From contig OZ249436.1 of assembly GCA_965235115.1 (NCBI GenBank), positions 14,818,001 to 14,882,000 of the forward strand: 64,000 bases of DNA, written 5' to 3'. The notes under the pieces were generated by a model. That model worked only from the letters and a program-made list of their open reading frames with translations, searched no databases and was not told where the DNA came from. Source of the stretch: Laetmonice hystrix. Its lineage: Eukaryota. Each line of letters opens with the position of its first letter. Positions within the stretch are counted from its first letter, which is position 1. This document shows, piece by piece, positions 27,611-40,691 of this stretch. A program made the position numbers and the translations under genes.

Positions 27611-30600
27611 GTAAGTTGTCTCGACTAGCTGCATGCACCAGACGCCACACCATCAGGTTTCCTCATGAATATCTCGAAACGATGCTGTTTGAACCGTCCC
27701 AGGAGGCTGGGCAAGACAAAAAACAGCCATGCTTTGTAGGGAGTGGGTGGGCGAGTCGGGAAATTTTCCTTGTGAGTTGCAAGCAAAAAACGTGTTTCAG
27801 TTTGAACAAAAGGGGATCTCATCTGAAGAGGGGCAGTCCTAGCCAATGCCATTCCTTTCACGGAGACCTATAGACTCAACGATCATTTTGGTCCAGATGA
27901 TGGCAATGATTTTAGTGGAGAAGATGGGAGTTTTGTGATAATGGCGCAGTCTTTGATTATCTCTGACCTAGACTGACCGACTACTGGCCTTCTCAAGGCC
28001 GGAAACAAATCCCTAATTATTCATGACTTCGTGACTGCAGCTACAGTACATGTCTAACACATCCATAGTTAATGTGAACAACGGTCTAATTTACATTATT
28101 GAATTTTCGAACCGTTACTCCTGCCCGTGGTCACCATAGTGAGAGGGTAATGGACACAATATGTTCGTTTGTGTGGGCCACTTTCTGTACAAGTTTCTCG
28201 GTAAATGCGGCCTCTGCTTCCTCAGCATTTCTGGACTATTTATTTGTGACCACACAACATCCTTCCGTACTTAAGGTAGCAAGTTGAAGACAGCAGCTTG
28301 CCACTGACGTACAAGTACCATCGCCTGAGGAGATATGTACCGAAGCAGATACAACTCTCAGACGCGTAGAAGAAGCTTTTAGAGTCCATCTACCCAAACA
28401 AAAACCCTATTCTGCAGATTGCTCAGTTTTAACTGCCCTACTCATAGGTCAAGTAGAAGGCTGAAGGCCCTTGTAATATTGTACATGTGTTTGGCTTATT
28501 GCGGCCTGTGATGGAGGGAGATAGCCTCAAGAGGTTGAAGCATCTAGTGTGAGGTATATAGGGTGGTGTTAAAACCAAAGCGTTACAGACAATCTCTGTT
28601 ACAGCCAGGGATCAGGTAGACATGTAGAGACTGGCATGCGGACAGGTATATTGGCATAATGTCATCCCAGTCATCTTTATGGCTTGACGTAATGACGTTT
28701 GGTATTCTAGGATTGGTAACCCATAACAGCATCAAACAGGATGCAAGATCTATCAGGTAAACCCAGATATATGGAATTGGAAAGCCGGTTGAGTATAGGA
28801 TGAGGATGTACATGTATAATAAGACAAAGCTGTCCACATCGTGATATATGACTGCTGCCAGTACATAACATCTCCCAACATGACTGTGTTAGCCATACTG
28901 ATATAACTTAACACAGCAGTTTAATCCGAGGTGCTCTGCCCGGTTCTGCCCGCTGGGGATGTGGCTCACGTAAAGAAATAGGCCGCGGGGGTTATTCCTC
29001 AAGGTTTCCTATTCTTTGACAATCGCGGCCACCGAGGACACATGAAGCAGAACAATTGTTTTAGACCACACCTTCCAATGAGCATGTACAGACCCCGGTG
29101 ACGTCACGTAGAGGCTATCACTTCGTTTCTTTTAATTTATTTAGAAGCTAATGAAAGAGGAACCCCGATAAAAGTAGAACTCTTGCATGTCGCTATGCTC
29201 CACCTGGTGATGTGCGGCAGTACTAACATTCTGGACGAAACAGTGTCCGAAGAGCTGCACAAAACCGCCTCAGCCTGCCAAAGGAAAAAAACCGGGACGT
29301 CAAGGGAATTTGATTGAGCGGAAGAGGCTATGTAAATGTTTGAACGAAATGGCCCAATGTTCACAGAACCTCCCGGAAGGTTTCTGCCCAGGCACTGCCG
29401 CCTAGAAAAGTCTATTTTTACATGGCAGTTCTTTACTTTACTTAAAGTGGCGATTTTCGTTTCGCAATAGGTATGGCAATGACAGATTTTATCTGACTAT
29501 AATTAAGATTGTTAAATTATAGGGAAGTCTAGACACCCGTTTTCAGTGATAAAAAAGAAATATATTTCCGGAATTTCGAGGATATACCCGAACCTAGAAC
29601 TACTCTTTGAGCCCTCGACTTCAGAGAGAAACTCTGCGTCTGTGAACTCGGAGGGCAACCATGTGTCTGGACGTCATTATGGAGACTTATTGTAACAGGG
29701 GCACCTAAATACCCAACTATGGAGGTAGAAAAAGGCTTAGAACCGTCTTCAGAGTGAGTTAGAAGAATAAATTGTTTCAGAAACCAAAGAAAGCTGTTTA
29801 AGGTGAGGGGGCTTACAATCGGCCTGTGTGGGATTGCAGGAATCAAACAGCAGTATGGAGAATGACTCTGTGTCCCAGGGTACATCAAAAATAGCATTTC
29901 TCCAACATGCTCTGAACAGGTGCAAATCGGTGAGGCCAGGTAGACAATGTGTGGCTAAGAGCCTAAAGGTATGTCAGAGCTGTTGCCAGTGCCTGGGCCG
30001 TCTGTTACCCTAGTCATGACATTCACTATACATTGTAACGTTGGTGTAAGCGGGTGGGGGCTTGTTACTAATAATCCACGGAGGGTGCTGGGATGGGTTT
30101 CACAGGTCCGCCCCACCGTTCCCGGAAAATACAGCAACAGAGGCTATTTCTTGTACCTGTTGAAATAAAGGTCGTATTTATTGCAGCTCACTTGGCTCCT
30201 TCTAGAATGTTCTTTCTTGCCGCGTGAGTGAGGCAGTATGTGTGACCAGACCGCTGGAATTGTATACAACTCGTTCTCCGCTCAGATTTCTGACATAGTC
30301 TGGCAGAAATCAGAAAATGAATAGGTGCATTTCTTAGACCACGCATATAGCAGAACCGAGAAAACGTTTCCATCACACAATGAATGCCACAGCGTTGAGG
30401 CAATCCATATTCCAGCGATGTAGGCCAGCACTGCGTTGAGTGAAGACAGTCACTGTGCAATGGTAGAACCCCCTCATTATTCATTCCGTAAAGGGCCAAG
30501 TTTATAGACACGAACCAGCCTCTTGCACGACTCACTTACAAAGGTGGTGCACATCTACAGACGGAGGTTGCAGCTTAAAATCATTGCTGATTTATAAATG

Positions 30601-31880
30601 ATACACGTTTTATGTCCTACACCTGTCGGGTTAGAAGCGCGCCGTACCAGGTATCTCAATATTTTCTGCATGACAATCTATTTACGAGACTCGAGTCCCT
30701 GTGCAATTCTGTCTTAGCTTTGTCAGGCCTAGAGGGTTGTGTGATTAACTGCAGGAAGTACGGGTCACACTGTACAGCAATCTATTGACTAACCATTGTG
30801 CAACTGTTGAACATCAGAAAAACACCAGGTGCTAATCTGCCTTATGTAACGGTCAAAAATTGCTTAGCGTAAATACTGAGGAGAGACCAAAACATCATCA
30901 TAGCTGGTTCAGTCAGTGACCATGATATCACTAACTGGAAAAACTGGGTTGGGTGGTGTTACAACTGCAATGTTTTATGCTTTCTGTTGCACCACATCTG
31001 GCCAAATTTTGTCTGAGTTTTCATGTAATGCATGAACCTACGTCAGGCTCGTAATATAGCATCTCTGAACCCAGATTGAAGAAGTCTTTGACATTGTGTC
31101 TGATACAACCCCAACCTGAGAGTGCTACCCTTTCTAAGATATTGTTATCCACGACGTTGTTCATATGGAAGGAGTCGATGTTTGGCCGGGGGCGATGAAG
31201 TCCTTGTCGGTGTACTGGGAGTAACAATTGCATGCTAATGTCTGATCTAAGTGGAGCTAATCCAGACGCCCGGCTAGGTCAGAGTTAGTTATATAAGTTA
31301 CCGAGACTTGTATAATCATGCCGAGATTGTCTCGGTTAGAGCCTGGGGCTGCAGGTTGGGCCACGTGGTTCTCCAGGCGGGAGGGTTCTCCAGGTGGGAG
31401 AGTCCTCAGGGTGGGAACAGCCTTGAGGTGGTGAGGGCCCGGCGCGAGCCTCTCCCCACCATCAATCACCACTGACAGAGCGGGGAGGTTGGTCTCTAAG
31501 TCTGGGCTGTATTGGGGAGGTGGTGTAAAGGCCAAGGATAATTCCATGAGAAGGAGAACTACTCGTCTGCCGCCAACAGACATGAACTACTTTTGACCGG
31601 TTGTTCTTGATTACATTGACCGTGGAACCCCCACGGGGTAGTGACTGGTGCCTGGTGGCCAGTGATGAATGCCTCCCGACCCAGGCGCACACCTGTACGC
31701 CCGTATTTCCCACTCCTATGCATGAGACGCCCGGTGAAATATACCTTATCACTCACCTAACTACTCAGCTAGATTTTCATAGCAGCATCGCCCATAATGT
31801 ACTTTTTCTTAAGAGGCTTTGAAGTTCAATGAGGCTATGTCTTTATCTCCATTGTGTTTTCACATACATCTTATTGGCGC

Positions 31881-32013
31881 AACCTTTGGTTGTCTTCTCT
31901 CGGTAACAGATTAAAGAGGCAGACGCTTGTCTGGTATTGGCAAACAAACCTTTGGTTCTCTTCTCTCGGTACAGATTAAGGAGGCAGACGCTTGTCTGGT
32001 ATTGGCAAACAAA
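31881..32013 (+). repeat. tandem duplication (~66 bp) of the 3' splice site plus the first 39 nt of the RCK1 exon
   Basis: aacctttggtt(g/c)tcttctctcggta(a)cagATTAA(A/G)GAGGCAGACGCTTGTCTGGTATTGGCAAACAAA appears twice. Confidence 0.95.
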
Positions 32014-32127
32014 TACTGTGAGGATCCAGATGCGGAGGATGCAGCTGATATAATGCGGGTCATTTCCATAAAAAACTATCACGCAGACATCAAAGTCATC
32101 ATCCAGTTACTGCAGTACCACAATAAG
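31975..32127 (+). CDS. slo1: Slo1 exon: RCK1 ([51 protein letters not shown])
   Basis: ctctcggtacag acceptor, AAG|gtaaga donor, 153 nt. An upstream duplicate acceptor at 31909 is out of frame. Confidence 0.97.
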
Positions 32128-32445
32128 GTAAGATTGGCTGAGGGAAATACAAGATTCAGGGAACATCCGTTGGCAGTAGTGTTGACTAGCTTCAATGTAC
32201 TCATAATGTGCTATTAAAACTAGTGAAATTTAAAAAGGTTAAAGTTTGATTACTTAAACTGAAACTATAGTTCTTAACAGTGCGAATCAAATTTGTATGT
32301 GAGAAAATGCTTTCAGTTAAAAGTCTCAGATTTATCCTGAGAAAGAATGCCGTTAGCAGCAGAGAAATCTTGTGGCGGAGAATGGTGATTGGTTTGCTAC
32401 GATAGTGATGCTGAATGGTTTTCTCTCTGTAATTACAATGTGAAG

Positions 32446-32601
32446 GCCTACCTGCTCAACATCCCCAGCTGGGACTGGAAGCGGGGAGATGACGCTGTGT
32501 GTCTTGCGGAGTTAAAACTCGGTTTTGTTGCTCAGAGCTGCCTTGCCCCTGGATTCTCCACTCTGATGGCGAACCTCTTCACTATGAGATCCTATAAAAC
32601 G
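32446..32601 (+). CDS. slo1: Slo1 exon: RCK1 ([52 protein letters not shown])
   Basis: AAG-type acceptor (tgtgaag), ACG|gtatgt donor, 156 nt. Confidence 0.96.
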
Positions 32602-32784
32602 GTATGTTGGAATAAAATATAATGGAATGCTCAGTTCTTACCTCGAATAAACCACATTATAATATTAAAGACAGCTTAATTTGCACTGTTAATGCTCACA
32701 GTGGCCCTGATAATATACATTATGAACATTTAGTTGAGCCACTTGTTAACGTAGTTGATGAGTTGATGTGTGTTTGTTTTTCAG

Positions 32785-32897
32785 TCCCCAGATATGCCAC
32801 AGTGGCAGAATGACTATATGAGAGGGACAGGTATGGAGATGTATACAGAGTACCTATCTCCAGCATTTGTTGGTATGACATTCCCTGAGGCTGCAGA
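32785..32897 (+). CDS. slo1: Slo1 exon: RCK1 ([37 protein letters not shown])
   Basis: gtttttcag acceptor, GA|gtaagt donor, 113 nt; EMYTE motif. Confidence 0.97.
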
Positions 32898-33157
32898 GTA
32901 AGTGCCTTACAATGAATTGGGATGGTGATTTTAACCAAGACCAAAAAAAATATTACGGTAGTTTTCTTATCTTTTCAGTCATATGTATTAATTTGGTACG
33001 AGCGTATAGGTTATTCTGAAATTGACATCCGGCTTTCTTGAGACAAACTAACTTGGCTCAATCGTTTTGAGACGATATCCATAACGTGTGAAGTTCTTAA
33101 GTCAGTCTACCGATAACGTGACCTCCTAATGATGGTGGTATATTTGTATTTGAGCAG

Positions 33158-33316
33158 AATGTGTTTCCTGAAGCTGAAGCTGCTGCTGATTGCCATTGAG
33201 GCTCGCAGTGAAGATGGCACTGAGAGTTGTATAGCCATCAACCCGGGCCCAAACATTAAGATAGAGCCCAACACACAAGGTTTCTTCATTGCACAGTCTG
33301 CTGATGAGGTCAAACG
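33158..33316 (+). CDS. slo1: Slo1 exon: end of RCK1 ([52 protein letters not shown])
   Basis: tgagcag acceptor, CG|gtaggt donor, 159 nt. Confidence 0.97.
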
Positions 33317-33526
33317 GTAGGTCGAAACCGTCCACGAATGACGCATTTTTAAATCAGTTATTTTAATGATAAATTTCGCCTCCCGTGGTTAAAAACATAA
33401 ATAGAGTAAAACTGATTGCTTCATTTCAAACACATCAAGTGAAATACTCTATACATGGATAGTCTTTTAAAGTTACATTTATTTGATGTAAGTGTTTTGA
33501 TGTATCCGTCACCAATCCTGTTAAAG

Positions 33527-33603
33527 GGCGTGCTACTACTGCAAACAGTGCCACGGCGATATACTTGACGTCCGTGCCATTAAAAAGTGCCGCTGTAAAA
33601 CCT
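33527..33603 (+). CDS. slo1: Slo1 exon: ACYYCKQCHGDILDVRAIKKCRCKT (CxxCH heme-binding-type motif; ends at the STREX-equivalent phase-1 site)
   Basis: ttaaag acceptor, T|gtaagt donor, 77 nt (1+75+1); aligns to vertebrate AFFYCKACHDD...IKKCGCK. Missed by the ORF track. Confidence 0.94.
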
Positions 33604-34634
33604 GTAAGTATGATGTCCTACCATGTTCTCCTGTCCCCAGTCTGTTTGAAGATTTCATGATTTCATGTAGTGTACTGGCTGGTTGTCCCCATCGATGTAT
33701 ACCTGTGGATCATATAGTATTATGTTCGGTCATAGTGCGTGTTTAGTTTTATGGTATGATTACGGCAGGCCTACCCGTCACGGGTCAGTAGTTTTGGTTC
33801 ATGGTTTGTGACCTGATCCTGTTATCTTGGATCAAGGTCATTAAACTTTACATCTTCAAGGAAAACAATCCAAATGAGAGAGGTGTTGGTAGTATGATAA
33901 AAGGCAACCGGATAAAAGGATTGAAAGGAGGTATTTCTGTTTGGCAGATACATAAAGTAGATGGAATTCTTCTGAAAGATAAGAAATGAACGACTGGCCA
34001 TCAGTCAGGCGTGTAAGTCGTGCCGTATTACATGGATGATTTGAATGATTGGTTAGATCTATGTATCCCCAGCATGCAGTGTTGGCCTGTGGCCGGCCGG
34101 TGTAGACTCTAGTCGATGGTGTATGGGGTTCGTCATTAGCACATACAGAATGCCACATCTAGTGGAGCAATGGAGCATCTCGACCGCATGCGCCATGAAT
34201 AACCTCGGTTATTCAATGGGGGCAAGGACATGTACCAGTAGCGAGGAAATTGGAAATTTAAGGAATATGTGTATATATGAGAAACGTCTACTGGGTTGAT
34301 CCTATTTGAGTAAATACCCTTTGCCATCATAGTTCTATTTCTAAACTTCAAAGGTCAACATACAGGAAATGTTTCAACACAGAACCGTTTGCGTGTGAAC
34401 CTCAAATGATGCTGGTGGCAAAAATATAATCTATATAATCCATATCAAGTATTTTGATGGGTTCAAGATTACAAAAAACATAGAATGTTTCTTTCGTAAG
34501 TCGTTTGTTCACTGTATTCCCTATTTTGTCCGATTAACGCTGGGCAAGTCTACCTTTGAGTTAGTTCTGTATACTATGATCCCTGTGTGCAGAATCAGTG
34601 TTTTAGCTGGTCATGGACTGTGCATGGCATAAGA

Positions 34635-34894
34635 CTGGGTTTCCATAGAGGTTCACTTTTCACGTGTCACGACTCACGTTTTCAAAGTTAAAACGTTAAA
34701 ACGTACATTGTTTACCTCCATGACAAGCGTGAAACGTGAATTAAGTAACGAACCTGTCCCTTCTGTCTTAGGTTAAACTAACGAAGTGACAGTAGGAGAA
34801 GTAGAAATCAATGAACACATGAAGTCAGTCTACATGAACTGGGTTAAACCCGTCAGGAAAGTGAACGTGACCAGTGAACTTATGTGGAACTCAG
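34635..34894. mobile_element. degenerate MITE-like inverted repeat
   Basis: CTGGGTTTCCATAGAGGTTCAC versus GTGAACTTATGTGGAACTCAG, imperfect inverted match. Confidence 0.4.
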
Positions 34895-37800
34895 CTATGG
34901 GACGCTTTAGGATTGTCGTCACTTGTCATTGACTTGTTGTGAGGTGGTCAAACATAGCACAACATTATGTGTAGTGTCCAGGAGCTTTGCATACTCATTC
35001 GTCTCTATATTGTATGTGTTTTCAAGTGTATCTCAGTGTCAGCACACTTTATGGTGTGTCCGATGGATTAAAGCATTTGCACTGCACATAACGGTCACTG
35101 AACTATTACAATTGTCAGTACTACTAACAGTGTATCCTCTATCAATAAGCACATACTTGCACTCACACTGAGCCCAGATTCAGGATCATACAGTAAGCAC
35201 CATATAAAGACGATGTGATTACCAGCAGTTCCCATGGCCAAGATATTTGCTGGGACTTCGTAATGAAGTCATCAAAGATGCGGACTCATGTTGAACCTTC
35301 CCAGACTGTTCGTTCTGCACATTGTTGGTGCTTCAGTGCAAGCAGAACGAAATCCTCTCCCTACGACAGTACCAGTCGTAGATCGGATTCATGGAGTAAT
35401 TCCTTCAGATCGGGGCTGGCCACTCCTGCTGGGAAATCGAAAAAACGGTGTCAGATATGGCACTTTGGACGCAGTTTAGCCAAAGTTTTCAATTTTGGGA
35501 GGTGCTGACAATATTGTAAAACGGTGAGGAGGTATCGTCAGATATCAGTTCAGTGTGGGTGCAAAACTACGTCGGTCAGCCAGATAGATCTCATAGTGTT
35601 CTAGTGTTTCTTCGTGTACAACTGTAAGACCCGAAGGGAACATGTGTTCAGACATATTGCATTTGAATTTGTGAAATTTGTATCGTTTAAATTGTGAAAC
35701 CTTGTGGATTGAGTCTTTATTTGGAACTTGTCTCTTGTTGTCTCTAAGTTAACAACCTTGATAAAGGTACCTTCATCTTTCACCTACTAAACTGTAACAC
35801 ACTAGAGTAGTATCAAAGATGGGCCTGGTCTCTTGTTGTGTTATCCTGCATTAGTTGACTTGTTTTGGAAAGGTGCCGCCCATAATGTGGAATTGTTATT
35901 ACATGCGTTCTTTTTTGTTGTATATTATACGTTTTTGTTGTATTTTATACGTTTCCGAAGCTTTCGTTCATTATCTGTTGATACATGTACTTATGATAGC
36001 GATTATAGTAATCTCCCAGTGTCGTGTATAGCTGTATACCTAACCGCATGTTCTTGATAAAAACGCTACACATTCAGTAGGTGCCCTTGTGAAAGAATAC
36101 TTCAACATAGCGCACATTTCAGCAAATCTATAGTGTTTCATACGCCAAAGGATTTCTAAAGAATGACTAATGGGTGAGCCACCATTTTTTGCAAGTTTGA
36201 GAAGAATGCTGGCATCTTTATGTCTGATATTTATAACAAGCAAACATAAGTCAATATTTGTCAGGTCAGATTATAGATAATTGGTAGTAATATTAGCAGC
36301 AGTAAAGCAGGAATAGTACAACACATGTCGTAGAATGGAAAAGAAGGAAGTGGGCGGGTAGTTGTTGGTAACAGTTCCCGGTGATAATGCTCCTCGTTTA
36401 CGAAAAAACAAAGAAAAAAATAACAAAAATACAGTAGACATGGCATGTGGGTTCTTTTACGTGTGAAATTGGATTTTGGGCATTTCCAGCTGTAATGATA
36501 TTAATGAATTAACAATTAGCAATGAATTAACAATATACAGTACATGTATATATGGGTATAACATTATAAGATGGGGAAGGAGGAAATATAGGTAGGGAAA
36601 ATACTCCCGTGGTGGAAGTCGAAGAGGAAAGTGTGTTGGTAGTGAGCCGTCCATGTAATGTAGGAGTTCCCATTCAGTGAAGTCAATACTCTAGGAAATC
36701 TGATACATGTAGTGTGCTAAACCCTACTGTGTTTTATCGTCTTTATATGTGTTGTACTTTTTGTGCTATATCCCTATTGTTCCTGCATCGGTTAAAGAAT
36801 TCTTTAGACATACTCGGTACATAGACGTAGCTATGCACATATAAATACTGATCTCACCAATATGAAGAGAGGAAGGACACATAAAAATGCTCAGATTGTC
36901 TGCATCAACCGGACTGGTATAGCCCCGTTCGGACAGTGCAGGAAATGAACGAAATGGTTTATCGCACATAACTGAACCATACAAAAGATCCAATAATGAA
37001 TACCGATTCTTTCAATAACGCAGAAATTCATACTTTTCAAAAGAGTAAGTTTCATGGAAACCTTGAACTTTCTGGTCTAAGCTTCAGTTTGTAAAAACAT
37101 GTAGAATTACCCGTTCTAATAACTAAATTAGTACTACCACACCCTTTTGAATAATCTGGGGCAAATATGAATGAAAACTTGACGGATTAGGTTCCGTCCT
37201 CGGACTGGTTGAATACCACTGCAGTGTCTAGTACCTGTATTTCTTTCAAATAGAAAAACACTGCTGAATCATTTAGTTTCATTCATTGCATATTAAGAAA
37301 CTACTACTGTACATTATATTTCATACAGGTAGAGTGCAAATGTGATTGGGTATTCTGTCATAAATGTAGTATTCAACCAGCCACCATATTTCTCTACTAC
37401 ATACTAATCAGATTATTAACGTGTTCTTGTGTTTTTTGAATGTACTAATATGGCCATCTTTCATTGGAACAGTGAAAATGTTCAAAAAGGGAGCAAACGC
37501 ATTGATAGGTATTGTGCTTTCTAATATATTTAGATATAGTTCATTCTAACTTCACTTTATCTTTCTATAGAACGTATTATGCCACTGATATCTCGATAAG
37601 ACTAATTCATGTGTATAGTGATCTCTTGTATCGTTTCTTTTTCTAAAAGTTTTGAGCCGTGCTCGGCTAGCTTTACTTAAAAGTAGCGTAACACGTTCCG
37701 TATCATATTATGTACATAGTCATTTGTAGTGACGCGTCTTATATGTGGATGCCTCAGTCTCGTGCTTATAATTCCGATGGATGTTCTTCTTTCTAAAGGT

Positions 37801-38120
37801 TTGCCAAGCTTATAATAACATTAGATAGAGCAATGGAAATGAACCAATTGATTCATGATTGAAGAATAGATCAAAAGAAAGACTGCCATCTTGGCGTAAA
37901 GAACAGCTGAAATCTAGCGGCGAGCACGAGGTCACTTTGATAGCGATGACCCTTCACGTCGTGTTGTGTGGCACTTCCCTTATCTGTCGTGTATAATGAA
38001 ACCGAAATATTATAAATCTTGTCTCACCTCTTTATACGGTTGTGAAACCTTTGGTGTTGTCGTGGACTGAAACCTGAATTTTATATGACATTATAATGTC
38101 GTTTGTGTTTGCCGCGTCAG

Positions 38121-38216
38121 TGACCTGCACTTCACTGAGTGCCTCATCGTGTCCGACACCCGAGATTGCCCTTCTGCGAAGCAATGATGCAAACGGCCAG
38201 TTTCTCAACATAGATG
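38121..38216 (+). CDS. candidate 96-nt cassette exon, phase 1/1 (TCTSLSASSCPTPEIALLRSNDANGQFLNID)
   Basis: gtttgtgtttgccgcgtcag acceptor; open in the required frame; weak G|gttaaa donor, with an in-frame stop immediately after it. Confidence 0.35.
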
Positions 38217-39928
38217 GTTAAACAAATACAAACTACTCTCTCTGAATTGCCGCTATGCCTTATTCAACTCCCTGATCAATTACAAGACATGATAAAAATA
38301 TCACTGATGTTAATTCTGCTCTTCTTGCTCCAAGGAATGCAGAACAGTAGTAAAGCTTTACCTTTCTACCTTCTTCATTTCACATAACACTATAGTGCAA
38401 ATATTAGAACCGACATTAACTTACGATTACTGCACCAAGATGTCAGTGGCAGTTACTGCATTTTTGAAATAATCTGATTACGTGTCACTGCATAATAAAA
38501 GAGCAAATTTTCTCACTATGGTATGAGTCACTGGAATATTTACAATCGATTACAACACATGAATGAATGAATGCAGATTGTAAATGCTATCTGTAGCAAA
38601 TTAGCTGCTCTAAATTAGCGAATAAAGAAGTTGATTAGAAAGTTTGAAAAGTTTGGATAGAACTGCTTCGTCTAGTTGCAGAGCCCTTTTGCTTCCCTGT
38701 TATTGAAAATGATAAAAATAAGCATAGGTAGAGTACGGTTTGAAATGTTTATCTGTTATAAGTGGTATATTCCTGTACATGTAGTGTGCAAGTGTATGTT
38801 TTTGTACATGACCAATCGTATACCTTCCTTGCTGAACAAGATCACCACATGCTTTTTGCAGTAATGATAAGGCACGTTTAAATTTTCAGAAAGGACTACA
38901 GTATATCAAATATGAGTTACTATTAACTGAGTCATCGATTAACCTGACCATTTACAGCGTTGCAAGCTTTTTCTGCCACAGACCAGTATGTAATTGTAGG
39001 AAATAATTTAAACCTGCAATTTGCAATTGGAAAGAAAATAATTAAATAAGAAAACTCCCCCGTTAAATATTCACACACAAAAAAAGACACGAATAAGCAA
39101 AAACAGCTATATAAAAAAAAGAATATTATGGACTATTAGATTAAAATCCCAGGAGAAACAAAAATATTGTAGTTCGCTTGTCTTTTCAAACCTGAGATTA
39201 AAGCTTGGAACGCTCCACTTGTCTCCATACAATGTTAAACAAACACCAGCATTCTGCAGATCGTGGCATCTAAATGAAATCGAATTGTAAGCTTACTTTG
39301 ACAATAAAAAATAACATGAAAGTAATTATAGAAATCTTATTTACAGTATGCATAAATTACTACACGTACAAAATGAAAAGTTGAAATGGACAAAACCTAA
39401 GCGGGAGTTTGGGTAGTGATGGAAGAGAAACTGGTCACGTGTTTGATTGTTTCTATTGCAGACAGGCACTCTTTCTCTGATCTCTTTGCACTTGCGGGTG
39501 AGTGATTGAGTTCTGTGCCACGCACAGGCATGCCAATAGCGAGGCCTTTCTGCAGTAAATCACTAGAGCAACTTAGTTTAGTAAGGGGTGTCAAGAAACG
39601 CTTAACCTTGGCTTGGAAACAAGTAATGAATGGTTCTTGTGGTAGTGTCCCGGAAATATTCGAATCCAAACCTCACAAACCTTCAGAAAGAAGGGGACTG
39701 TACACGTTAACCGTAACTCGAACTTTTGCCTGATGGAAGATTGGCAATATATTTATGGGCCGAAGTCTTGGGCCTGCAGATAGAAAATTATGTTTTGCAT
39801 CCAGAAATATTCCTCACCACCCCCCCCCCCCCCCGCAAATTGTAAAGATATTCGGTAAAATCCAGAAAACATGCAAGAAATGAATGTAAAAATCTTCGAG
39901 GCAAGTTTTTCTTGATACCCAGAAAGGT

Positions 39929-40188
39929 GGGCGCATACCGGGCCGACCCGACTGCGACACGACGAGAGTGCATCGGGTCGTCGTCGGGATGCTTTGGTGT
40001 ACGAGGGCTTAACGACGCCGACCCAACGGCCACCGACTGGTTTTGCCCCCGTCGGGACCGGAGGTGTCGGAATGGTCTGCGCGGGAACACTGACCCGACT
40101 GTGACGCGACGAAACTTCTTCCGGCTCCTTCGAAATGCTCGTCCGGAGTAGTCGTCGCGTCACAGTCGGGTCGGGTCGGTGTGCGCCC
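39929..40188. mobile_element. GC-rich palindromic MITE (Harbinger-like)
   Basis: ~37-bp TIRs GGGCGCATACCGGGCCGACCCGACTGCGACACGACGA / TCGTCGCGTCACAGTCGGGTCGGGTCGGTGTGCGCCC; internal GACCC(G/A)AC repeats. Confidence 0.75.
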
Positions 40189-40691
40189 TCCTTATCGCTG
40201 TGAGAAAGCTTCACTAGATCGGTCCCATCACAATCCGCGTTCGGCACTCTCAGCTCGGAGTTGGTTGTTGGAGGAAGCGTGGTATTTCATCTAGAGAATC
40301 TAAGTCAAATGGTGCATGACGTCCTTCTATCTACTGCCTCTAGCCACAAAACTCCCATGTTACAGTGACGTAAACACCCCTTAAATTCTGCCTGGGTAGG
40401 GCCTTAAACCTTTTTTCATGGGAAGGGTGGGAGCGGGGTGGAGAAAATAATTCATAAGAAGTTGTTCATATAATATTCACTGAGCTGACTCCTCCTACAA
40501 CTAGCTCTGCTGAACCTGAGCCAACCAATGCACTTGATGAGTGGTTGAATGAAATAAATCCGGGGTTGAGCAACATGAGACAATCATAATCTTATATCTA
40601 TTAACATAAACCGTGAGATTCCTTTCCTTCCTTTTGGAATATTTACGGTATTTTCTTGTTGACAATTCCTGCTGTAAGTTAAGGATGTGTA

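Noticed and set aside
30188-30535. Possible minus-strand P-element/THAP9 transposase remnant (AVLAYIAG)
   Set aside because: A single short motif in a stop-interrupted frame; cannot be supported without a search.
33152-33157. GAGCAG tandem (NAGNAG) acceptor
   Set aside because: GAG acceptors are very rarely used; no further evidence.
35337-35447. 111-nt phase-1 open segment (LQAERNPLPTTVPVV...GNRKN)
   Set aside because: The donor would be GTGTCA, which is very poor. The more protein-like overlapping frame has no acceptor in the required phase.
37571-37600. Strong branch point and acceptor (ttctaac...ctatag) followed by AAC|gtatta
   Set aside because: Only a 3-nt exon with a weak donor, or a stop within 10 codons; insufficient support.
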